From Candidatus Micrarchaeaceae archaeon (lineage in GTDB: Archaea > Micrarchaeota > Micrarchaeia > Micrarchaeales > CABMGC01), in the NCBI GenBank assembly GCA_038878295.1, contig JAVZVY010000001.1, forward strand, positions 42,163 to 106,162: a stretch of 64,000 nt of DNA, in the 5' to 3' direction. Position 1 is the stretch's first letter. Each line of letters starts with the position of its first letter. Shown here piece by piece: positions 26,656 to 35,969 of this stretch. The position numbers and the translations under genes were made by a program. The notes under the pieces are model-generated. The model was not told the DNA's origin and did no database searches. It was given only the letters and a program-made list of their open reading frames with translations.

Positions 26656-29445
26656 ATGGAGAACAAGCGCACTGCTAACAAGGCAACAGCAGATGCACAA
26701 AATACCGCCAAGACCCTCATGCAATTTGGTCGAAGAGCTAAGACAAAAAAAGGCGCCCAGAGAGCTAAGATGACGCCGCTCTCAATCTACTGGTTCAGAG
26801 ATGTTGTAAGCGACTTCATAAAGAGGCCCAATTTTTCCGATGCAATTGCGGTGGTCTTCGCCATAACAAGCATATCTTTTGCGATGCCTTTCTACCCGCT
26901 GCCGCTGCTCATCGCTCTGATTGTTGTGTTGTTTGTGCTTACGCTCCTTCATCCGCTGATAGGGCTGATGGGTCTGCTCTTCGGCTCGCTGCCCATATTC
27001 ATATACCAGGCGCCGCTCCTTGCTTGGATTTTCACGCTTTTTATGAGCGTTTCACTCTTTTTGGGCTACAGGCACTACAGAACCATAACTTCGATATACC
27101 TGCTAATGATGCTGCCTTTGTCTTATCTAGGTTACTTTTTAGAGATACCGGCATTTGCACTGTCGGTCTTGAGGATAGGGCTCAAGAGAGGACTTGTCAT
27201 GGCAATAGTGGTGGTGCCACTGGTGGTTATGCTATCTGGAGTAATGAACATATCGAATTCGGGAAGCATTGCGTACAACCAGACTCCGGCATACACGAAG
27301 ATATCTAGCTACAACATAAGGAGCATTCTCACGCCGAGCAAGCCCGCACAGAATTTTTCGACTCTTGGAGCGGCCTGGTCATCATCTGCTGCATCTTTCG
27401 TGAGTTTCAACACAACAAACAAGCTCTATGATGGTTTTGGCGCGCTCTTTTTGCCGCTCACTTTTCAGGCTCCAGAAACATTCATACAACTTGTCGCGTG
27501 GGTGCTTGTAGTTTTCATGATGGTGAACTTTGCCATAAAAAGCAGATCAAAGTACACAGGCGCTGAAGCAAGCCTCTTCAGCGTAATCATACCGATAGTG
27601 TATGTAGCGGTGTCGCTGTTCTCGCACACAAACATATCAATTTATCCGATACTCAGCTTCGTGGCCACACCCATAGTGCTTCTTCTGATGGAGTTTGGCG
27701 ACATACATGTCGTACAGGCTTTGGATATAATGAAGAAGGACGTCAGGGAAAAGTTCGGAGAAGCTTTCGAGGACCTCAGCATGGGCACTACAGAGACCTT
27801 GGACGATGTCGCAGACTACGAAAACACGAAGCAGGAGCTTAAGCAGGCGCTGCTTGAGCCCATAGAGCATAGGGAGCTCCAGGGTCTTTACAATGTTAAG
27901 CCTGCAAAGGGCATATTGCTCTTCGGGCCGCCAGGCACAGGCAAGACATATATGATGCGCGCGCTCGCAAACGAGGTAAGAGCGGGCTTTTATTACATAA
28001 AAACTTCTTCGATCATATCGCCTTATCCCGGAGAAGGCTCGCAAACTTTGTCCAGGATATTTGCGACAGCTAAGAAGCATGCGCCTTGCGTTCTGTTTCT
28101 CGACGAAATAGACGCGATAGCTTCTAGCAGGGAGCTTCAGGAAAGCGGTACAATAAAAGAGATGTTCTCAACGCTTCTTGTAGAGATGGACGGCTTCCAG
28201 AAAATAGAAGGCGTCGTTGTGGTCGGCGCAACGAACATGCCTCACGTTCTCGACCCGGGTATAATGAGGCCCGGTAGGTTCGACAAAATAATATACATGC
28301 CGCTGCCCGACATGAAAGGCAGGATGGCCATATTCAAGTACTACCTTGAAAAACTCCCAATTAGCGATGACATTGATTATGCAAAACTTGCATCGATTTC
28401 GGAGCGGTATAGCCCTGCCGACATAAAGAATGTTTGCGAAGAAACGGCAAGGAGGGTTTCCGAAGAGGCAATTAGCAAAAACAAGGCGATAGAGATAAGC
28501 ATGTCTGATATAGTCGATGTGATAAAGGTGATCAAGCCTTCGACATCGCTGGCCCAAATTGAGGAATACAACACTTTCCAGATGGACTATGAGAGGAGGA
28601 CATACAGCGAAGGCAAGGACAAAAGCACTGCGGAGGTAAAAATGGATGATGTTGTAGGCCTTGAAAGCGCCAAGAAAGCGCTATACGAAGCGGTTGAGAT
28701 ACCGATACTGCATCCAGAACTGATAAGGAAGTATGATATAAGAAATATAAGGGGCATATTGCTCTTCGGGCCGCCAGGCACAGGCAAGACCATGCTTATG
28801 AGAGCCATAGCTAACGAAGTCGGAGACGTTCACATGCTTACGATATCTGGAGCTGAAATAAGCAGGGTTGGCGCCGAGAGGGCCATGCTAATGATAAAGC
28901 AAACTTTTGACAGAGCCAAAGAAAACGCTCCATCAATAATATTCGTCGACGAGATAGACGCGGTTGTTCCAGCAAGGGACAAGGCCACTGAGCAAGGGTT
29001 GCAGCTCACTGGCGAGTTTCTTGAGGAATTCGATGGGCTCAAAAGCGATTACAATATAGTGGTTGTGGGCGCCACGAATAGGCCAGATGTACTCGACACG
29101 GCTTTGATACGAGCCGGAAGGTTCGATAAGATCATATACATAAAACCACCTGAAAAAGAGGAGCGAGCGAAAATATTCGAACTGAATCTCAAAAATGCGC
29201 CGTACGAAAAAAACATCGATTTCGAAAAGCTCGGGGAAATGACGCAGGGCTTTACCGGCGCTGATATAGCCAACGTATGCAGGCAGGTAAAGATGAATGT
29301 TCTTGAGAGGAGCCTGCAGGGAGGCGGTGACGAACTCATAACTTTTGACGACATAGCTAAAGTCATACAGAACACGAAGCCATCTGCCCCATCGCAGGCT
29401 ATAAGCAGGTATTTGACGTTTCTAGCGCTATACGGGCAGCGCTAA
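26656..29445 (+). CDS. Polytopic-membrane-anchored tandem AAA+ ATPase (Cdc48/VAT-like D1-D2 without the soluble N domain)
   Basis: 929 aa. At least 8 hydrophobic helices within aa ~60-345, plus a sequon-rich loop (NIS, NQT, NFS, NTT). Two AAA modules: GPPGTGKT at aa 424-431 and 705-712; Walker B LFLDEID and IFVDEID. Confidence 0.85.
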   Translation: MENKRTANKATADAQNTAKTLMQFGRRAKTKKGAQRAKMTPLSIYWFRDVVSDFIKRPNFSDAIAVVFAITSISFAMPFYPLPLLIALIVVLFVLTLLHPLIGLMGLLFGSLPIFIYQAPLLAWIFTLFMSVSLFLGYRHYRTITSIYLLMMLPLSYLGYFLEIPAFALSVLRIGLKRGLVMAIVVVPLVVMLSGVMNISNSGSIAYNQTPAYTKISSYNIRSILTPSKPAQNFSTLGAAWSSSAASFVSFNTTNKLYDGFGALFLPLTFQAPETFIQLVAWVLVVFMMVNFAIKSRSKYTGAEASLFSVIIPIVYVAVSLFSHTNISIYPILSFVATPIVLLLMEFGDIHVVQALDIMKKDVREKFGEAFEDLSMGTTETLDDVADYENTKQELKQALLEPIEHRELQGLYNVKPAKGILLFGPPGTGKTYMMRALANEVRAGFYYIKTSSIISPYPGEGSQTLSRIFATAKKHAPCVLFLDEIDAIASSRELQESGTIKEMFSTLLVEMDGFQKIEGVVVVGATNMPHVLDPGIMRPGRFDKIIYMPLPDMKGRMAIFKYYLEKLPISDDIDYAKLASISERYSPADIKNVCEETARRVSEEAISKNKAIEISMSDIVDVIKVIKPSTSLAQIEEYNTFQMDYERRTYSEGKDKSTAEVKMDDVVGLESAKKALYEAVEIPILHPELIRKYDIRNIRGILLFGPPGTGKTMLMRAIANEVGDVHMLTISGAEISRVGAERAMLMIKQTFDRAKENAPSIIFVDEIDAVVPARDKATEQGLQLTGEFLEEFDGLKSDYNIVVVGATNRPDVLDTALIRAGRFDKIIYIKPPEKEERAKIFELNLKNAPYEKNIDFEKLGEMTQGFTGADIANVCRQVKMNVLERSLQGGGDELITFDDIAKVIQNTKPSAPSQAISRYLTFLALYGQR
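27909..27947 (+). repeat. 39-nt perfect intragenic repeat, copy 1 (D1 Walker A region)
   Basis: gggcatattgctcttcgggccgccaggcacaggcaagac, identical to 28752..28790. Encodes GILLFGPPGTGKT. Confidence 0.9.
28752..28790 (+). repeat. 39-nt perfect intragenic repeat, copy 2 (D2 Walker A region)
   Basis: Identical to 27909..27947 in the same reading frame. Flanking codons diverge immediately on both sides. Confidence 0.9.
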
Positions 29446-29450
29446 TGCAA

Positions 29451-30233
29451 TCATGTGCCAGAACGGTCGATTTTTTGCATTCTTGACCTGAATGTGTCAC
29501 TTGCCAGTATCCTTGAATAATCGTCAGCGTGGATTTCCAGTGAGGCGTTGCCGTTTTTCACAGAGGCGTATTCTACCTTTATGTAGTTTCCCGGATGAAG
29601 CACAGCCGCATAACCGCTCGAAAGGCCCCACAATACCAGCGGCATCTCAATTGCACCGTCGGTTATCGCGCACCTTACGACTCCGCGCTGACGTGACTTA
29701 AGATCCGTAAAATAGTGTACGCTTCCTATAGAGAGAAGCTTGGCTATTATGTCTATGTTTTTCATCCCGGAACTGAGTTGCGAAAAGTCGCTTATGCCTC
29801 CTAGCGCGGGCTTTGTTCTGAAGAAAAATGTTGCGGAAGTCGTGGAAAATTCGGTGGAATCCTGCCATTTTTTGACAGATAGAGCTTTTGCAAGTATGTT
29901 GTCGTTTCTTTCAATAAGCATATTGTCGACAAGGTCTGCATATTTTCTCCATAGCACGACTCGTACAGGATTTCTCTCTTCGCCAAGAAGCATTAGCCTG
30001 AAATAGTTACCAGCACCGCCCCCTTGCACGGCCGTCTTGTTGAGCACTTTTATTACTTTGCCATCAAGATCTACAACCGACCCCTCAGCTATGTTTTCTG
30101 GCACGCTGGATGCGGATATCCTTTCAAAAATGCGTTGGTTTTTTGTGTCGAGCATTGATTTTGCCATCTCTCTGTTTATTAGCCCGTAGCGCTCGTCAAT
30201 GGCGTTCTGTATGTCTGAAGAAACTTCCTGCAT
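29451..30233 (-). CDS. Putative RPA-like ssDNA-binding protein with two OB-fold-like repeats
   Basis: 260 aa. Two segments have the OB pattern: VVDLDGKVIKVLNK...NPVRVVLWRKYADLV and IDIIAKLLSIGSVHYF...GAIEMPLVLWGLSS..GNYIKVEYASV. Judged by pattern only. Confidence 0.45.
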   Translation of the reverse strand: MQEVSSDIQNAIDERYGLINREMAKSMLDTKNQRIFERISASSVPENIAEGSVVDLDGKVIKVLNKTAVQGGGAGNYFRLMLLGEERNPVRVVLWRKYADLVDNMLIERNDNILAKALSVKKWQDSTEFSTTSATFFFRTKPALGGISDFSQLSSGMKNIDIIAKLLSIGSVHYFTDLKSRQRGVVRCAITDGAIEMPLVLWGLSSGYAAVLHPGNYIKVEYASVKNGNASLEIHADDYSRILASDTFRSRMQKIDRSGT

Positions 30234-30264
30234 GATAATAAATTGCTCGAAAAAACTTAAATGC

Positions 30265-31632
30265 TTACCTGGCTATGCCTACAAGGAAGGAGGCAGCATT
30301 GCTTGCCAAACTAATTATTGGCATCGGGTAGATGCCAAAGACCACAATCGCAGCAAAGCATATTGCAACGGCAACAGCTGTGCCGCGTTCCATCCTTATG
30401 GCGCGCGCATCCTTTTTGCCTGTATAGACCGCTATAAGGACTTTTCCGTAGTAGTAGACCGATATTACCGTGTTTATTATGCCAACGATTGCAAGCCAGG
30501 CCATGTTGGCTGATATCGCGCTAGAAAAGAGAAGGAATTTGCCTATGAAGCCCGCGGTAAAAGGTATTCCCATCAGTGAAAGCAGGAATACTGAAATGGC
30601 TATTGCGGCAAGCCTATTCTCGTTTCCAAGGCCTATGAAATCGTCTATCGACGTACGCCCTCTTGCTTCGAGCCATGAAATGATAGCCAATACGCCGATG
30701 AATGCGAACATGTGCGAGAAAATCTGGAATGAAGATGCTTCTATGCCTATCTTGGAGGCCGCGGCTATGCCTATTAATATGTAGCCGGCCTGCGAGATTG
30801 ACGAATAGGCCATCAGCCTCTTCATTCTTTCCTGAGAGAGCGCAGCGAGATTGCCAAAAAACATTGTGGCCGCGGCTAGAATAGAAACTACAAATGAGAA
30901 GATTATTCCAAACGATATGAATGCCAGAATCAAGACCTGCATCAGCGCTACGAAACCGGCTTTTTTGTTTACTCCGCCAAGCATTGCGGTTATGTTTGCC
31001 TCTGCACCTTGATATACGTCAGGGACCCACATGTTGAATGGGAATATTGAAGCCTCAAAGCCTATCGAAGCTATGAACAGTATAGAAGCAAAAATTAGGA
31101 GCGTGCTTTCAGGGTGACCCGAAAGGGCTATGCTGCCAGTAGAACCGTAGAACAGCACAATGGCGAACGAGAGTGTCGCCACCGATATAGAAGACATTAC
31201 GAAGAACTTTGTGGCGGCCTCTAGCCCCCTTCTATTGAGAAGCAGTATGAATACAGTAGGCAGGGAGATAAGCTCTAGCCCTATCAGTATGGTCACAAGC
31301 GAATTGGCAAAAGCAACCAGATACATGCCTAGAAGCGCAAAGTCGCTGAGAAGCGCGAAATCTTTGTATTCGGCAGAGCCATAAACGATAAGATTCACAA
31401 GCAGCATCGAGACGCTGAAGAGAAGCATGAAGAATAGCGAAAACGGATTTACTGAAACGGAATTAAAATAGGTGCCGCTCGCGCCGAGCGAGATGGAAAT
31501 GCAGATTTCCGCAGATAAAGCGGCCAAGAGCGCAATGTTGAACGCGATTTGGTATTTGGGCGTGGCAAATCTCATGACTATGCTTCCGAATAGCAGAATT
31601 GCAAGCGTAACCATGAAATATTCTATTATCAT
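30265..31632 (-). CDS. nuoN: NADH-quinone oxidoreductase subunit N (antiporter-like)
   Basis: 455 aa polytopic protein. Last gene of the nuo operon. 4-nt overlap with nuoM. Confidence 0.85.
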   Translation of the reverse strand: MIIEYFMVTLAILLFGSIVMRFATPKYQIAFNIALLAALSAEICISISLGASGTYFNSVSVNPFSLFFMLLFSVSMLLVNLIVYGSAEYKDFALLSDFALLGMYLVAFANSLVTILIGLELISLPTVFILLLNRRGLEAATKFFVMSSISVATLSFAIVLFYGSTGSIALSGHPESTLLIFASILFIASIGFEASIFPFNMWVPDVYQGAEANITAMLGGVNKKAGFVALMQVLILAFISFGIIFSFVVSILAAATMFFGNLAALSQERMKRLMAYSSISQAGYILIGIAAASKIGIEASSFQIFSHMFAFIGVLAIISWLEARGRTSIDDFIGLGNENRLAAIAISVFLLSLMGIPFTAGFIGKFLLFSSAISANMAWLAIVGIINTVISVYYYGKVLIAVYTGKKDARAIRMERGTAVAVAICFAAIVVFGIYPMPIISLASNAASFLVGIAR

Positions 31633-33044
31633 ATCGATGCACCAAGACTTCCGAGCAGCACCTGAGGGATCACACCGAATGCGATTATAGAAGCAACTAG
31701 AATAAACATAGATGCATATAAGCTTAAGCTTGGATACGAGAGCACCCTAGAAGGCTGCTGCGGCGATAGGAATGATCTTCCAATAAGCCAGAAAAGATAC
31801 GCACCATTGATTATAAGCATCGCCAGCGGCACGAGCCCGAGCAGGGAAAAAGCCATGAAACCGCCTATCGCTATAAGGATGTCGTTTATGAAACCAGAAG
31901 TAAGCGGCAGACCTACCGCGGCGAAGACTCCGAAAAGCGCCAGGTAAGAAATTATAGGCATTGCATTTACTATGCCGCGAAGCATTTTTATCGTTGTGGT
32001 TCCAATTGCTTTGTCGATCGCATACGCAACCAGGAAGAGCAGTGAAATTATCATAGCATGACTCAGCATGCCGAATAGAGCGCCGGAAAAACCGTAGATG
32101 TTCATTTCGGATATGCCGAAAGCTATGAAACCCATCTCGGCTATGCTCAGGTATGAGAACATTCTTTTTATTTCCTTCTGGGAGAGAGCTACAGCTGCGG
32201 AATATATTATTGAGAAGGCTATTATTGGGGCTAAGTAAACAGCATACGTCTTTGCTATTGGAAGAATTGTGAAAAGAATGAGCATGCCGTAAGCGCCGAA
32301 CTTTGAGAGCACACCTGCGAGTAGCATGCTGCCTGCCGGCGAAGCCTCGGAATATGCGTCAGGCGCCCAAAGATGGAACGGGAATATAGGTATTTTAACC
32401 ATGAACGCTATTATGAGCAGCACAAAAATTGCGGTTTGAGTGGTTGCCGGCAGCGACGAAGCGCCAGCAGAAATCGCTGCTATGTTGAACGTATGCACGG
32501 GCATGCTGAAATAAAGAAGCAGTATGCCTACAAGAAGCAGGCCGCTGGAAAATATTGAATATGCCAGAAACTTAATTGAGGCGTACCTTCTATCGTATCC
32601 GCCGAAGTGGAAAATTATGAAGAAAAGCGCAATTATGCTCGCTTCCCAGAATATGAAAAACAGGAATAAATTTGATGAGAGGAACAAGCCGAGCGTGGTG
32701 GCTTCGGTTATCAGGAAAAGAGCGTTGTAGCTTCTGCGCTCCTCCTTAGTGAAAAAGCCATTGGCGAATGAAGCCGCTAGGAAAACTATTGAAGTTAGAA
32801 GCACAAGGAAAACAGATACTGCGTTAAGCTCGAGACTTATTTGTATCGAGAACGGAGCGATATAGCTGAAGGATTCGCTTATGTTGCCTGATACTTTGAA
32901 TATATAAAAGGAGAAAAATGCAAAAGCGATTTCAATGAGCGTTGCGATTATAGATACCTTGCTAGAATAGCTCTCCCGGATGGCGAAGAGGGAGGCTGCT
33001 CCAAGCAATGGTATCAGCAGCATCAAAAGCAAAATAGGTATCAT
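31629..33044 (-). CDS. nuoM: NADH-quinone oxidoreductase subunit M (antiporter-like)
   Basis: 471 aa polytopic protein with the HLWAPDAYSEA motif. 4-nt overlaps on both sides. Confidence 0.88.
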   Translation of the reverse strand: MIPILLLMLLIPLLGAASLFAIRESYSSKVSIIATLIEIAFAFFSFYIFKVSGNISESFSYIAPFSIQISLELNAVSVFLVLLTSIVFLAASFANGFFTKEERRSYNALFLITEATTLGLFLSSNLFLFFIFWEASIIALFFIIFHFGGYDRRYASIKFLAYSIFSSGLLLVGILLLYFSMPVHTFNIAAISAGASSLPATTQTAIFVLLIIAFMVKIPIFPFHLWAPDAYSEASPAGSMLLAGVLSKFGAYGMLILFTILPIAKTYAVYLAPIIAFSIIYSAAVALSQKEIKRMFSYLSIAEMGFIAFGISEMNIYGFSGALFGMLSHAMIISLLFLVAYAIDKAIGTTTIKMLRGIVNAMPIISYLALFGVFAAVGLPLTSGFINDILIAIGGFMAFSLLGLVPLAMLIINGAYLFWLIGRSFLSPQQPSRVLSYPSLSLYASMFILVASIIAFGVIPQVLLGSLGASI

Positions 33045-34810
33045 CGCACCACTATCAACAACACGTAAACCATAAGCGCCGCGAAGCCGATCCAGAATGC
33101 TATCATGTAGCTGCTAAGCTGGCCGTTGACAGATCGCCTAGTTGCTTCCCCAAATGCAAGGGTGACATGGCCCAACCAGTCCAACGCCTCATTGAAGTAG
33201 TAATCGAACATACCTACGCCTTCGCTGATAAGATAAACGAATTCGCAGAAAAAGGAGTATAAGCTTTTCATCAGAATGCTGTTGTAAATGATTAAATTGA
33301 GTTTCTGAACATTCGCCTTGAGGCTGCCCTTGGAGAAGGCGAGATAGCCTATGTATGCACCAGCTGCTACGATTGCTGTTTCTATTGCTGCTCCGAAGAT
33401 CGAAATACCTGATGAAGAATTCGCGGAAACGGCTCTGATTATCGGCAGGTATGCGAATGAGGCTGCAATGGCGAGCGCTGCGAGTACTACCATAGGGTAT
33501 TTCATGCTTATCGGAGTGCTATCGTAATTTATTTCTGTTTCTATGCTCCTCTCCTTTTTGCTTATCAGGAATAACCACCTGAAGATGAAGAAACTGGTGC
33601 CAAGAGATATTAGTAGCATTATGGCATATGCTGCGATGTTTGTAGAAAAGGCTGCGCCTATGCCCAGGTTTGAGAAGAACGTGTCAAACGGAACAAAGCC
33701 AGCGAGGGCAAGCACCCCGAAAACGGTTGATATATAGATAAGCTTGTTGCGCTTCAGCCCAGAAATCTCATATATGTCTTCTTTGCCAGTTGCGTCCATA
33801 ACTGCTCCGCTGCTGAAGAAAATGAGCGCTTTGTAGAATGCCTGCGCGAAGAAGAAATACACCGCAGCGGCAAGGGCACCAACTCCTACCGCAGCAAGCA
33901 TTATGCTAAGTTCAGCAATGGTCGAATATGCTGGAATGCGCTTTATGTGCTTTTCCTGCATGGCGTTGAGCGTTGCAATTACTGCAGTGGCCATTCCAAA
34001 AACCGTAAAGAGCAGCATCGCCGTTTTAGAGCTCGAAAATATTGGGAATAGCAGAATCGCAACGAAAACTCCAGCTTTGACCATCGTTGAAGAATGAAGG
34101 AACGCTGAAACTGGTGTTGGTCCTTCCATGGCGTCAGGAAGCCACTCGTGGAAAGGAAACTGCGCAGATTTAGTGAAAATTGCTATCATAAGTAATGCAA
34201 TCGCGCTTGCCGGCACAGGCACTGCCCCTGTCGCGGCTGTTGACGCCTTGATTATGCTTGAAAATTCAAGCGTTCCGTATGCATTCCAAAATATGGCAAT
34301 AGAAGCCAGGAGAGCTATGTCACCTATGAGCACGATCGTTATCGCTTCCCTCGCCGACACTGTCGCTTTCTCCCTTCCATGCCAAAATCCTATGAGCAGG
34401 TAGCTGGTCAGGCTCAGAAATTCCCAGGCTATGAAAAGCGTTATGAAGTTGCCAGAAATCGCGAAAACGAGCATCGCAACGTAAAAAGCTAGCATTTCTT
34501 CATGGAACCTTTTCTGCTCGCTAGGTTTCTTCATGAATCCTGCCGAGTATATGAAAATCAGCGGCGCTATTATGAGCACCATGTAGAGCAATATCATGTT
34601 GAGCGTGCCCACGCTTATCGATATATGAAACGTGGCTCCGGCTACGCTGAACCATGTTATTGAGCTTGTGCCTTCGCTGACAAATGGCAAAAGCGCAAGG
34701 TTAGCTATTGAAGCTGCTATTGATAGGTATGCAACGTGGCGCCAACCGCGTATGAAAGGTATTATTAGCATCGCGACAAGAGGCGCAACTATGAGCGTTA
34801 TAGGCAACAT
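33041..34810 (-). CDS. nuoL: NADH-quinone oxidoreductase subunit L (antiporter-like)
   Basis: 589 aa. FHEWLPDAMEGPTPVSAFLHSSTMV motif and a long C-terminal extension. Confidence 0.9.
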   Translation of the reverse strand: MLPITLIVAPLVAMLIIPFIRGWRHVAYLSIAASIANLALLPFVSEGTSSITWFSVAGATFHISISVGTLNMILLYMVLIIAPLIFIYSAGFMKKPSEQKRFHEEMLAFYVAMLVFAISGNFITLFIAWEFLSLTSYLLIGFWHGREKATVSAREAITIVLIGDIALLASIAIFWNAYGTLEFSSIIKASTAATGAVPVPASAIALLMIAIFTKSAQFPFHEWLPDAMEGPTPVSAFLHSSTMVKAGVFVAILLFPIFSSSKTAMLLFTVFGMATAVIATLNAMQEKHIKRIPAYSTIAELSIMLAAVGVGALAAAVYFFFAQAFYKALIFFSSGAVMDATGKEDIYEISGLKRNKLIYISTVFGVLALAGFVPFDTFFSNLGIGAAFSTNIAAYAIMLLISLGTSFFIFRWLFLISKKERSIETEINYDSTPISMKYPMVVLAALAIAASFAYLPIIRAVSANSSSGISIFGAAIETAIVAAGAYIGYLAFSKGSLKANVQKLNLIIYNSILMKSLYSFFCEFVYLISEGVGMFDYYFNEALDWLGHVTLAFGEATRRSVNGQLSSYMIAFWIGFAALMVYVLLIVVR

Positions 34811-34811
34811 T

Positions 34812-35117
34812 CTACCACTTCGTAGAAGAAAGCTTTCTTATGTCAAAGTCCTGAAGCCTATGCTTCATGACCATGTAAATGCCGACGAAAGTTATTGTTT
34901 CTGCAGCAACAAGCGACCATATCACAATTAGAAGCAAGGCAGCGCCTGACGCATTTGGACTTGCAGCGGAGAAAAATGCGACCAATGCAATTGTTGAAGC
35001 CACAAAGATAAGTTCTATGGCAAGCACTATTTCTATGAAATGCCTGCTCGAAAGCGCGCCGGCTACGCCTATTGAAAAGATTGCAACTGCGAGTGCGATA
35101 GGGTATGCCAGCAACAT
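34812..35117 (-). CDS. nuoK: NADH-quinone oxidoreductase subunit K
   Basis: 101 aa, three TM helices, in the correct operon position. Confidence 0.85.
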   Translation of the reverse strand: MLLAYPIALAVAIFSIGVAGALSSRHFIEIVLAIELIFVASTIALVAFFSAASPNASGAALLLIVIWSLVAAETITFVGIYMVMKHRLQDFDIRKLSSTKW

Positions 35118-35590
35118 CAGACCACCAACTTGACGAACTTCTTTATCACGAGTATGCTGCCTATAGCAGCTCCGAAGAGCATTGTAACGGCAAAGAAAAG
35201 TATCAAATACATGCTCGAAAAGTCGCTTGAAAATTCGTTTGTGAAGCTGTTAGCGTGCGTGCCTAGCGTCGGCAGCTGCACGAGAATTATGCACATCAGC
35301 AAGCCTATGGCCAGCGCAGCCGTCAAAAGCTTAGGAAGATGCGCCCTTTCGTTTTCCTTGTATTCTACAGCGACAACCGTTATCAAGTATGCTGATATGC
35401 CGCCTATGAAAACAAGGAGCTGCAGAAGGCCGACAAAGGGCTGGCCGAGAAGCATGAACAGGAATGCGCTCGAGGCGAAAACCAAAGACAGGTATATTAC
35501 AGAGTAGAGCAGCTTTCTGGATACGAAAATCAGCACTGCCGGGATTACCGCAAGAGCTGATATCAGCGTGAAAAGTATCGCACCAAGCAT
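35117..35590 (-). CDS. nuoJ: NADH-quinone oxidoreductase subunit J
   Basis: 157 aa membrane protein between nuoI and nuoK. 1-nt overlap with nuoK. Confidence 0.8.
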   Translation of the reverse strand: MLGAILFTLISALAVIPAVLIFVSRKLLYSVIYLSLVFASSAFLFMLLGQPFVGLLQLLVFIGGISAYLITVVAVEYKENERAHLPKLLTAALAIGLLMCIILVQLPTLGTHANSFTNEFSSDFSSMYLILFFAVTMLFGAAIGSILVIKKFVKLVV

Positions 35591-35594
35591 CTTA

Positions 35595-35957
35595 TCATCT
35601 AAGTTCCTCTGGTCTCTTTATGAGTTCGCGCCTATCATACACCACCAGGTTGTCGTACTCTTTCGTTAGAGTAAGGCAATGCGGCGGGCATACCTCTTCG
35701 CAAAGACCACAAAGCAGGCACCTCTCGTGATTTACAAGAGGCATCTTCTTTGTGCCGCGCTCGGTCTCGGTGTCGACCATCGTTATCGTCTTGTTTGGGC
35801 ATATCCTCTCGCAGGCGGCGCAGCTTATGCACGTGTGTATGTCAAGCCTTAGCATACCGCGATAGGAATCTGGAAGCTTCTCCCTTTTTTCAGGGTATTC
35901 TGTAGTGAATCTTTTTTCCAACGCGTTCTTAATCGTTTTGCTAAGCGGATCAAGCAC
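35595..35957 (-). CDS. nuoI: NADH-quinone oxidoreductase subunit I (2x[4Fe-4S] ferredoxin)
   Basis: 120 aa. CISCAACERICP and CLLCGLCEEVCP. Confidence 0.9.
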   Translation of the reverse strand: MLDPLSKTIKNALEKRFTTEYPEKREKLPDSYRGMLRLDIHTCISCAACERICPNKTITMVDTETERGTKKMPLVNHERCLLCGLCEEVCPPHCLTLTKEYDNLVVYDRRELIKRPEELR

Positions 35958-35969
35958 CGTTTAACCAAC

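Noticed and set aside
29428-29445. Possible proteasome-docking HbYX motif at the C-terminus of the membrane AAA+ protein (..LALYGQR)
   Set aside because: The hydrophobic-Tyr-X tripeptide must be the last three residues. Here LYG is followed by QR, so the motif is not terminal.
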